Part shown: in pieces, positions 1-7,133 of the stretch
How positions within the stretch are numbered: the first letter of the stretch is position 1
How the letters are laid out: every line of letters begins with the position of its first letter
Source: a virus
Taxonomy: Duplodnaviria; Heunggongvirae; Uroviricota; Caudoviricetes
Virus record (IMG/VR): IMGVR_UViG_2563366875_000004
Coordinates: 1 to 42,427 of that record
Direction: 5' to 3' (one strand)
Length of the DNA: 42,427 nt
Made by a program: the position numbers and the translations under genes
The notes under the pieces: model-generated
What the model was told of the DNA's origin: nothing
The model's database searches: none
What the model saw: the letters and a program-made list of their open reading frames with translations, nothing else

Positions 1-1020
1 CTACTTACTGACCACAAGCGGCAAATCCAGTGTTGGCGTGATTTTGGTTTTACGATCGTAAATCAACACCTGATTTTCTGTTTTGTGTCCACTGAAAATT
101 TGTTTGTCGCGACTGCTGCCTTCGTAATCTGAAATCCCTTTGGCTTTTATGTCATGGAAGTTGCACCCAAACGGAACGCCGGCTTTTTGCTCGGCTGCAC
201 GTTTAGCCTGATTCCACCAGTTGTTCAGCGTCTTGGCTATTACCTTCCCGCCTTTGGTTGTGTTGATCACATACTCGCATGTGCCGGAAGATACATTTCG
301 GGCTAACTGGATCGCCGTACGTAATCGCGGAGACCATTCCTTGATTTGTTTAGTGCCGGTCTTGTTTTGCTCAATGTAAATCCCTTTATCCATAATATCC
401 TGCCATTTCAGCTCGAGTACATCACCGAGCCTTGCCGCACAAAGATAGGATATCTCCATTGCAATACGTAACTGTGGAATTGCTTCCGCATATATTGCTG
501 CATACTGTTCATCGGTGATGTAAACAGTACGGGCTTTAAGTGTGAATTTTCTGACTCCTTTGCATGGATTATTTTTCACATACCCACGCTCATATCCCCA
601 TCCGTATACACGGCTCAGACTTGCCAGTTCATGGTTTGCCTGGGTCTTGCTCTCAAGTCCTCGCTTATCCATGAAAATTCTTACCTGTTCAATTTTTACA
701 TTATCAGCAAGCACTTTTCCGAATACTGCCAACAATGCCCTTTGATGTTGCCGATAATCTTTTTGGGTTCGGGGGGCCAGTTCTGTAAATGCAGGGGAGT
801 CCATAAACATGTGCCATAATTTAGCTACTGTCATTATGTTGTGGAGTTTTGCTTTTTCCAGCTCATAATTTTGCCAGACTTTAGCTACGCTGGTTTCCCG
901 CACTCTTCCGAGCCCTATAGTTCTTGTGCTTCCTTCGGGTTTCCATACGTAACTGTAACCATTCGATCTAACACGCGGTGGTAGTGCATTATCTTTTTTG
1001 TTTTTTCTTGGTCTTCCCAT
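1..1020 (-). CDS. int: Phage integrase, tyrosine recombinase family (339 aa)
   Basis: Full ORF ending at window edge; lambdoid integrase-like sequence with C-terminal His/Tyr-containing region; overlapped at its 5' end by an excisionase-like ORF as in typical xis-int pairs. Confidence 0.85.
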   Translation of the reverse strand: MGRPRKNKKDNALPPRVRSNGYSYVWKPEGSTRTIGLGRVRETSVAKVWQNYELEKAKLHNIMTVAKLWHMFMDSPAFTELAPRTQKDYRQHQRALLAVFGKVLADNVKIEQVRIFMDKRGLESKTQANHELASLSRVYGWGYERGYVKNNPCKGVRKFTLKARTVYITDEQYAAIYAEAIPQLRIAMEISYLCAARLGDVLELKWQDIMDKGIYIEQNKTGTKQIKEWSPRLRTAIQLARNVSSGTCEYVINTTKGGKVIAKTLNNWWNQAKRAAEQKAGVPFGCNFHDIKAKGISDYEGSSRDKQIFSGHKTENQVLIYDRKTKITPTLDLPLVVSK

Positions 1021-1240
1021 TGTTCAGCGCCTCAAAATCGGGTTCAGCGGAAACCAGTTCAGGTGCTTTTGGCATCGTAGTCAGTCCGTGTGGAATATCC
1101 CTGCGAAGAACTATTGGTTCGTTTTTAGGACCGATTACAAATGGGATACCGTGCAGCCTTAACTGGTGTTGCTGTTTTGTGTATCGCTCGTATTTCGTGA
1201 TCTCTTGAATCTCTGCTGGCGATAGAGTTAATTCGTACAT
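989..1240 (-). CDS. xis: Excisionase-like small DNA-binding protein (83 aa)
   Basis: Small basic ORF immediately upstream of and overlapping int start by 32 nt; position and size typical of Xis. Confidence 0.55.
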   Translation of the reverse strand: MYELTLSPAEIQEITKYERYTKQQHQLRLHGIPFVIGPKNEPIVLRRDIPHGLTTMPKAPELVSAEPDFEALNNGKTKKKQKR

Positions 1241-1306
1241 GTGGTCACGTGCCTTACAGCATGACCGCCGCCAATATAATTCGGAGACGGCGATCAGGGG
1301 TGAACA

Positions 1307-3787
1307 TTAAAAATCAACCGGATTCGGGATCAGTTTTTGTATCGTGGCTGTAACGTATTTTGCCTGGTGACGGGCATCATCCAGCGCATTGTGGCGCACG
1401 CCTTCAAATGGAATAACTGTTCTGGCATCAAAGTCGATTGTTTTTCCCAGCTCAACGATTGTGCGTACATCGCGATCGTTGTAGTAGCGCCACGGGCAGG
1501 GGATGTCCAGACGTTCGTATGAGGTGCGCAAAATTGCGTTATCGAAAGTTGCACCATTACCCCATACCTGAACGAATTTTTCATCTGAGTATTCGTTGAT
1601 GAACTCCCGAAACCGCGAAAGGGCATCCTTCAGTTTTACCTGGTCTGTTAAAATGGCAGCTCTGGCTTCACTGGACTGCTTCAGCCACCATTCGATGGTT
1701 CCACCGTCAGGAACAGCCCCTGTATTCATTGCGTCAGTCAGACTGATAACGATATAAAATACTGGCCCGATTTCCCCTGTTTGTGGGTCGAAGAAAACCG
1801 CACCAATAACCACGATGGGCGCATTGGTGTTGGTTCCCATTGTTTCAAGGTCGATCATCAGGTGGTACCACACTCTGCTGGTGGATGTGATAACGTGATG
1901 ACCGTTCACCGCAATTAAGGGATCTGCCGTCCCGCCAGTTTCATTATCGCTGGCGTGGTCCTGAGCGCTGCCAGCATTCTCCTTGTGTGGATGTTCAGCG
2001 CCTTCCATTTCCTCCGGATCATTTTCCTGAACTTCAACCTGATTCTCTTCATCGAATGTTTCCTGGTATGTTGCGTCGCCCATCACCGCGCCACAATCAG
2101 GGCAGTTGCCGCCACCGCTCTGACCGCAGGCGGTGCAGACTTTTTCCGATTCCTGTTGCGCTACTGGCTCAGGTTGTTTCGTTTCTGGCTCGTTTTGTAA
2201 CGCATTTTGGCTGTTTTGTTCCGCTTTCTGGTCGTTCTGTTCCGTTTCTTGCTGGTTCTGGTACACAGAATCGCGGGTTTCAATCCCCTTCACCCATTTC
2301 GGATCATTCGGGTCGCTAATCCCTGCAACAAATTCTCCGCGAGAGGCAGCAAGCAACTTATCGGCGTCAGGCTGGCTGATATTGGCTGCCTGCATAATTT
2401 TGTTTACTTCGTCAGCGGTAACTTTTACCGGCTCTGGTTGTGCGGTCGTGTCAGAGGCACCAGTATTTTGTTGTGAACCTGAGTACGTGCCGTTTTTACG
2501 GGCAAAATATTCTTCTTTCGTGATTTCAGTAGCCCCTGCAGCCAGCGCCTTATTCAGACCAGAAAGTTTGTTTGCACGACCATATTTTTCGCCATCCTTA
2601 TCGGTGAAGAGGAAGTAGAACGGCCCCTCACGCTCTACAGATGGTTCAGTTTCCAGCGCGCTTTCATTTTTTTTGGTATCAGATACTTCAGTTTCCACTG
2701 CATCAGTTTGTGCTGCTGACGGCTGGAGAATATCAGCAGTGTTCTGGTCTGTTTCTTCATCCTCAAACACGCCCTTTGTCGCCAGGTATTCAGTGATGTA
2801 TTTGTTCAGCGCCACGGGATCTTTGTGAATGTCGATCGGACGCTCACGGACAAGGCCAAAAATAGTCTGACGGTCGTAGCGAACGGCATCAGGTTGTTTG
2901 CGCATTGATGCGGAAATACGCTTCCAGTCTTCGCGATCTTTGTCGATAACTTCATTTTTTGCCCAGCGATGGATGCTGCCGTCAATGTTTCCGGCATTAA
3001 TATCGCCAGGCCACAGAGCGTAGGCCAGTTCTTCATCCAGCGTTTTCCATGTCTGCTTGTATTCGCGACGAATGGCGGCAGTGGCGGGGTTGATTTTTCC
3101 TGCTGAGTTTTCAGTGTGCTGCCGGTTGACTCTGGCGCGGGCAAGATCAACAACAGACGTGTATTTCCCGGTTTCTTTGCGTTCGGCTTCGCGACGTTTT
3201 TTCCAGGTGCGTAATTCTGTCTGGATCTCAGGCCATTTTGCGCCCGGCTTACATTTATGTTTAACCCACCCGATGGCGAACAGCTTTAGTTCTGAATACA
3301 TGACGTTAACTTCAGGCATTTTCATCAGTGCCTCAACGATATGCCCGTCGAATGTTGCCATGTCCTCCTGCAACAATTCCTGTGCACTAATCACCATATC
3401 AACGGTGATGTTTTCACATGTACCGAACTTAACCAGGACCGCGTTCTGTACTTCAAGGGACAGCTTGTCAAAATTGACGTTCATCGGATCGGATTCTGGT
3501 TCGACCGGAACAAAGGAAGCGGATTCCTCATCCCAGCGGTTTTCCAGCATATATTCGGTATCCCAGGAGTCGATGGCAGGGCGGGGCATGCCGGGTTTAT
3601 CCTCGCAAACAAGAAATTTATAAGCGCAGTCCTGAGCAGCCGGATATTGCTCCAGGAATTGCCAGGTAAATTTGGCTCGGGCGCGGCGTTCGTCGCCGGC
3701 TTCAATGGCAGTAGCTACAGCGACTGCACCTTCTTCCTTTATTGCCTGTTCGTCCGGAATGGCGGCGCAAATAAAGACTTTACTCAT
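1307..3787 (-). CDS. Large exonuclease-family protein (826 aa): unassigned N-terminal region, acidic/Gln-rich linker, CxxC-x7-CxxC zinc ribbon, C-terminal DnaQ-like DEDDh 3'-5' exonuclease domain
   Basis: Exo motifs visible in translation: MIDLETMG (Exo I), WGNGATFDNAIL (Exo II), HNALDDARHQA (Exo III); zinc ribbon CTACGQSGGGNCPDCG; located next to xis where lambdoid phages carry recombination genes. Confidence 0.75.
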   Translation of the reverse strand: MSKVFICAAIPDEQAIKEEGAVAVATAIEAGDERRARAKFTWQFLEQYPAAQDCAYKFLVCEDKPGMPRPAIDSWDTEYMLENRWDEESASFVPVEPESDPMNVNFDKLSLEVQNAVLVKFGTCENITVDMVISAQELLQEDMATFDGHIVEALMKMPEVNVMYSELKLFAIGWVKHKCKPGAKWPEIQTELRTWKKRREAERKETGKYTSVVDLARARVNRQHTENSAGKINPATAAIRREYKQTWKTLDEELAYALWPGDINAGNIDGSIHRWAKNEVIDKDREDWKRISASMRKQPDAVRYDRQTIFGLVRERPIDIHKDPVALNKYITEYLATKGVFEDEETDQNTADILQPSAAQTDAVETEVSDTKKNESALETEPSVEREGPFYFLFTDKDGEKYGRANKLSGLNKALAAGATEITKEEYFARKNGTYSGSQQNTGASDTTAQPEPVKVTADEVNKIMQAANISQPDADKLLAASRGEFVAGISDPNDPKWVKGIETRDSVYQNQQETEQNDQKAEQNSQNALQNEPETKQPEPVAQQESEKVCTACGQSGGGNCPDCGAVMGDATYQETFDEENQVEVQENDPEEMEGAEHPHKENAGSAQDHASDNETGGTADPLIAVNGHHVITSTSRVWYHLMIDLETMGTNTNAPIVVIGAVFFDPQTGEIGPVFYIVISLTDAMNTGAVPDGGTIEWWLKQSSEARAAILTDQVKLKDALSRFREFINEYSDEKFVQVWGNGATFDNAILRTSYERLDIPCPWRYYNDRDVRTIVELGKTIDFDARTVIPFEGVRHNALDDARHQAKYVTATIQKLIPNPVDF

Positions 3788-3867
3788 TTTGTTTTAACCT
3801 CATTACAGATTTAAGGGTGAACAAATCCCTGCCATTGCTGGCATATAAAAATGAAACCGGATATTAA

Positions 3868-4071
3868 TTACGGTGCTGTTTTAAGTCCCGCCGGGATTTC
3901 GTTATTGTCCATGTGAATAACTTTATCAACCGGATAACAGTTGCCGGGAATTTTCTGTTCCGCTGCGGCAGCCATGCATTCTTCCATTGAATCACGTATG
4001 TCAATAATAAGGTCAAGCGGCTCGCCCGTATTAAGAAAAACCGTCAGAACGAGTGCAAATGATGTATTCAT
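3868..4071 (-). CDS. Hypothetical small protein (67 aa), leftward early operon
   Basis: Internal ATG at 4069-4071 preceded by AAAGGA; ATGA overlap with stop of upstream ORF (translational coupling). Confidence 0.45.
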   Translation of the reverse strand: MNTSFALVLTVFLNTGEPLDLIIDIRDSMEECMAAAAEQKIPGNCYPVDKVIHMDNNEIPAGLKTAP

Positions 4072-4256
4072 TGCCAGTATCCTTTTTGCATCAGACGTAA
4101 ACGGGCCAGCATTGAAACAATGCATATTTGATTTAATAGCTCCCGTTCGTGTTTTCTCTTATTAATGGCATCTTCAGTAAATACAGGGTTACTGATTTTG
4201 ACACCAATTTCAAAGCAACCTTCAGACGTATTAACGTTTGGTAATAACGTTTCCAT
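4068..4256 (-). CDS. Hypothetical small protein (62 aa), leftward early operon
   Basis: ATG at 4254-4256 preceded by GAGGA at 8 nt; coupled to downstream ORF. Confidence 0.45.
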   Translation of the reverse strand: METLLPNVNTSEGCFEIGVKISNPVFTEDAINKRKHERELLNQICIVSMLARLRLMQKGYWQ

Positions 4257-4277
4257 TATCGCGTCCTCAACAATGAA

Positions 4278-4431
4278 TTTTGTGATGCGGTGCCTGGTGC
4301 CTCCAGGTGACGTTAACCAGTTAACAATTAACGCCGGATACAGAGAACCCACCCATAAGAACCAATACGGAAGTCAACTGGCCTTTTTAACTGTTCCGCG
4401 TGCGCTGAGCCGCATTCACCGCATCACAAAA
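4278..4431. repeat. Perfect 15-bp inverted repeat pair TTTTGTGATGCGGTG / CACCGCATCACAAAA separated by 124 bp
   Basis: Read directly from sequence (4278-4292 and 4417-4431); internal GTTAAC-containing sub-palindromes; lies in an ORF-free stretch. Confidence 0.6.
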
Positions 4432-4827
4432 TTCACTTTAAAAAGGGCGGACATCAGCCAGCAATGAAAACTGATGCCGCCAAAAGGTAATCAACATGGG
4501 TTGTTGCAGCGGGGTTGTCACTCAAGCGTATGGTCAACCAGACAACCCGGTGCTCCACAGGGGAGGGAGAATAGTACCCCTGCCATACTTACCGCCGCGC
4601 CATTTCGCGGATTGCCACAACCGGAAGCGTACGGTCGAATTAAATTTAACGACAAGCCTCATAGGTGAAGGCCTTCGCCGTACGCTTTCGTGTTATGCCC
4701 TGACTTTTCAGGGATATATCCTTTCAGTAAACTGTCAGTGCCGGATGCTCACCCGTGTCCGGCGCACGACCACACGTGGCAGCGTGTTGGTCTCCATTTT
4801 TAACCCAGAACCCAAATGGAGGATAAA

Positions 4828-5007
4828 ATGTCAGAACAATTTAACCCCCTGCGGAGACCTGCCTCAGCAGCACAACAAGTCGTGCTTGAAGTTGTTCGCG
4901 CGGGTAAGTTGTACGAAAAAACACAACTTTCTGAACTTTTTACACACATGCTTGACCATTACCGTGCTGAGGCGAAACGCCTGGAGCAGGAAAATAAAGC
5001 TCAATAA
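4828..5007 (+). CDS. Small hydrophilic protein (59 aa) encoded convergently to the leftward operon
   Basis: ATG at 4828 preceded by GGAGGA at optimal spacing; protein-like helical composition; strong intrinsic terminator 20 nt downstream. Confidence 0.45.
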   Translation: MSEQFNPLRRPASAAQQVVLEVVRAGKLYEKTQLSELFTHMLDHYRAEAKRLEQENKAQ

Positions 5008-5137
5008 AAGCTGCTTTAATGATCTGAGCCAGTGTGATTGCTGGCTCTTTTTGTGTTGAATCCAGGTCTGCTAATTTTTGACGAAGACAGTCTGCAGCTA
5101 TAACCTGCAAATCTGCAGGTAAATCTTTAAATTCCAT
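4940..5137 (-). CDS. Hypothetical small protein (65 aa); 3' end overlaps the plus-strand small gene and terminator antisense
   Basis: ATG at 5135-5137 preceded by GAGG; either this ORF or the convergent plus-strand ORF may be the real one in the overlap. Confidence 0.3.
   Translation of the reverse strand: MEFKDLPADLQVIAADCLRQKLADLDSTQKEPAITLAQIIKAAFIELYFPAPGVSPQHGNGQACV
5026..5052 (+). terminator. Rho-independent terminator (plus strand only)
   Basis: GAGCCAG-8 nt loop-CTGGCTC stem followed by TTTTTG; on the minus strand the hairpin is followed by no U-tract. Confidence 0.6.
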
Positions 5138-5159
5138 TATTAGCCTCGTTGGTTAGCTA

Positions 5160-5378
5160 TTAACGCGGGTATGTAATCATTCTGGCAATGCTTAATGCCG
5201 CTGCTTTTTCCAGCCTGGTTATATCTTTTTCCAGAGCGGACAGATTTTCAGCCTGCTTAGTCCTGGCTTCATTGGCCCATTTCAGATCCTGCGCTGCATT
5301 AATTTTCTGGCGCATCCACTCATAAAGTTCATCATCGGTATAGTCTGGCGCGATGATGACGGGTTCTCGTTTCTGCAT
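5160..5378 (-). CDS. Hypothetical small protein (72 aa), leftward early operon
   Basis: ATG at 5376-5378 preceded by GAGGAA. Confidence 0.5.
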   Translation of the reverse strand: MQKREPVIIAPDYTDDELYEWMRQKINAAQDLKWANEARTKQAENLSALEKDITRLEKAAALSIARMITYPR

Positions 5379-5407
5379 ACTGATTCCTCGCGGTGCTGTT
5401 TCGCTTA

Positions 5408-5536
5408 TCAGCCGTTAGATTTTGCCGAACTGGAAAGCGCCTGTTTAAACTCACTGAAGCTGAGAGCTTCTTCGCCTTCGGCAAGGCCTTCGAAGTATTC
5501 TTCGTAAGCCTTTTCCATGATTGCGTCGAAATCCAT
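5408..5536 (-). CDS. Small acidic protein (42 aa, MDFDAIMEKAYEEYFEGLAEGEEALSFSEFKQALSSSAKSNG)
   Basis: Not in the 60-aa ORF track; found by hand translation; ATG 8 nt after stop of the upstream ORF; strongly acidic composition. Confidence 0.3.
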   Translation of the reverse strand: MDFDAIMEKAYEEYFEGLAEGEEALSFSEFKQALSSSAKSNG

Positions 5537-5537
5537 A

Positions 5538-5693
5538 TCACTCACCTGAATTTCTTTCCAGCCAGCGATGCGCGCCAGATTCGGTTTTAAACGTTTTGCT
5601 TTTGGTATACGTCATCGCGGTGAATGTGCCGTCCTGGTTGGGAAACACGCCGTACACCAGAGATTCGTTGTTGCCAAGATCGATAGTATCCAT
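5538..5693 (-). CDS. Hypothetical small protein (51 aa), first ORF downstream of pL-like promoter
   Basis: Internal ATG at 5691-5693 preceded by GAGGT; the longer 82-aa form in the track has no RBS. Confidence 0.35.
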   Translation of the reverse strand: MDTIDLGNNESLVYGVFPNQDGTFTAMTYTKSKTFKTESGAHRWLERNSGE

Positions 5694-5770
5694 GCTGACC
5701 TCATTTCCCCTTAACGCCGGGGTAGCGGAACTGTTTGCTGAGAACACCGTGCGGTGTCTTGATGGATGGT

Positions 5771-5822
5771 AATTTAGTTTTCTCATGAAAATTGGTCAAG
5801 TGTTTTTGATGAGAAAACTCAA
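5771..5822 (-). promoter_or_regulatory. pL-like promoter (-35 TTGACC, 17-nt spacer, -10 TAAATT on minus strand) flanked by two operator copies
   Basis: Operators ATGAGAAAACTCAA at 5809-5822 and inverted TCATGAGAAAACTAA at 5774-5788; same 13-mer recurs between repressor and cro. Confidence 0.5.
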
Positions 5823-5885
5823 TATTTAATGCAAAATAAAGCCAATACATTGAAATGTAAGGCTTTAAAATTAGTGAAGGGGGGG

Positions 5886-6344
5886 TTATTGATGTTTGTT
5901 ACGTTTGCGAGCTTCTAGTAGCTCGGTGAATAGGCGATTAAAATTCTCAACGCGGGCACGGAGTTCGCTGATTTGTGCTTGCTGCTCTGATTTTGGAAGT
6001 GCGCGATACAATCGCAACATCTCCAACTCATCTTCCGATAAGTCTAAGGCGCTGTTGAGTGCAACTGGTGGATCTGGTGTTTTATCCTCGTCACCAAACA
6101 GTATCCAAGTTGGTGAACATTGCAATACCTCAGCCAGGCGATGCAAATTTTGCCCGCGCGGGGCTGTATGGTCGCTTTCCCATAGTGAAATTGATGAGCC
6201 AGATACGCCAGCAGCTTTGCTTAAATCGTTTTGACTTAAACCAACCTGTTTGCGTCTTTCTCTAATTCGTTGACCTAAAGTTTTCTCGTTCATATTTAGA
6301 TATCTTAATAACCCTTGACTTGAGATTCCTTGAGTGATTACCAT
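5886..6344 (-). CDS. Prophage repressor, HTH XRE/CI-type, without a LexA-like peptidase domain (152 aa; alternative start at 6293)
   Basis: HTH motif QVGLSQNDLSKAAGVSGSSISLWE; divergent from cro-like gene; C-terminal part is helical and lacks a Ser/Lys autocleavage module. Confidence 0.8.
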   Translation of the reverse strand: MVITQGISSQGLLRYLNMNEKTLGQRIRERRKQVGLSQNDLSKAAGVSGSSISLWESDHTAPRGQNLHRLAEVLQCSPTWILFGDEDKTPDPPVALNSALDLSEDELEMLRLYRALPKSEQQAQISELRARVENFNRLFTELLEARKRNKHQ

Positions 6345-6356
6345 TGAGAAAACTCA
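6315..6356 (+). promoter_or_regulatory. pR-like promoter (-35 TTGACT) with operator TGAGAAAACTCA directly downstream
   Basis: Operator 6345-6356 abuts the repressor start codon and lies upstream of the cro RBS GGAGGGG. Confidence 0.5.
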
Positions 6357-6370
6357 ACTTTGGAGGGGTG

Positions 6371-6598
6371 ATGTTTAAATCAGACGTAATTAATTTTTAT
6401 GGGACGAAAGCCAAAGTAGCGAAAGCTGCTGGTGTTGATCCATCTGCTGTTTCTCAATGGGGAGAACTGGTTCCTGAAGGTCGCGCGATGCGCCTGCAAG
6501 AGGCATCTGGCGGGGAGCTTCAGTACGACCCCAAAGTTTATGACGAATATCGTAAGGCAAAGCGGGCGGGGCGGTTGAACAATGAAAATCACCCCTGA
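6371..6598 (+). CDS. cro: Cro-like / YdaS-like HTH regulator (75 aa)
   Basis: ATG at 6371 after GGAGGGG; small HTH protein divergent from repressor; the track ORF begins at an upstream TTG. Confidence 0.75.
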   Translation: MFKSDVINFYGTKAKVAKAAGVDPSAVSQWGELVPEGRAMRLQEASGGELQYDPKVYDEYRKAKRAGRLNNENHP

Positions 6599-7133
6599 AC
6601 AGGTTTGTGAGGCTCTGGATGCCTGGGTATGCCGACCAGGAATGACACAGGAGCAGGCGACGATATTAATCACGGAAGCATTCTGGGCTCTGAAAGAACG
6701 CCCGAACATTGATGTTCAACGCGTCACGTTTGATGATGGCGCGGTTGATCAACGGGCACTGGGCGTTAACCGGGTGAAGATATTCGAACGCTGGAAAGCT
6801 ATCGACACCAGGGATAAGCGTGAAAAATTCACGGCGCTGATTCCGGCAATTATGGAGGCTATCCGGATCAGTGATTTCAGGTTGTATCGTGAAATTACTG
6901 ACGGAAAAAGCATTACGTACATGATCGCCGGGTTAAACAAAGAATATGGCGATGTGGTGGAGTCCGGGCTGCTTTTTGCGGATCCAGCTGTTGTGGAACG
7001 TGAGACTGACGAGCTTATAGAAAAAGCTATTGCTTTCAAGCATGCGTATCGTCAGCAATACCAACATTACTTTGCAGATAAACAAATATCTGTCTGGGGT
7101 TCGTATGAGTATCGATGCACTACGATGGGCTAA
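6582..7133 (+). CDS. YdaT-like protein (CII functional analogue family), 183 aa
   Basis: Follows cro with overlap; segment IFERWKAIDTRDKREKFTALIPAIMEAI resembles the conserved YdaT core as I recall it. Confidence 0.6.
   Translation: MKITPEQVCEALDAWVCRPGMTQEQATILITEAFWALKERPNIDVQRVTFDDGAVDQRALGVNRVKIFERWKAIDTRDKREKFTALIPAIMEAIRISDFRLYREITDGKSITYMIAGLNKEYGDVVESGLLFADPAVVERETDELIEKAIAFKHAYRQQYQHYFADKQISVWGSYEYRCTTMG

Noticed and set aside
1955-3814. Several plus-strand ORFs (81-188 aa) inside the exonuclease gene
   Set aside because: Antisense to a long well-supported gene; low-complexity Phe/Cys/Ser-rich products
4278-4431. Retron msr-msd hypothesis for the 15-bp inverted repeats
   Set aside because: No reverse transcriptase ORF anywhere nearby; flanking ORFs are all under 100 aa
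4496-5059. 187-aa plus-strand ORF across the structured segment
   Set aside because: Cys-rich, non-protein-like composition, no RBS, crosses hairpins and a terminator; more likely an open frame in structured RNA
5332-5590. Track ORFs 5332-5541 (minus) and 5393-5590 (plus)
   Set aside because: Lys/Arg-rich or Phe-rich low-complexity products without RBS; a third frame holds a better-supported 42-aa ORF with translational coupling
5784-5786. Longer 82-aa form of the first pL operon ORF
   Set aside because: Its ATG sits inside the operator/promoter and has no RBS; the internal ATG at 5693 with GAGGT is more plausible
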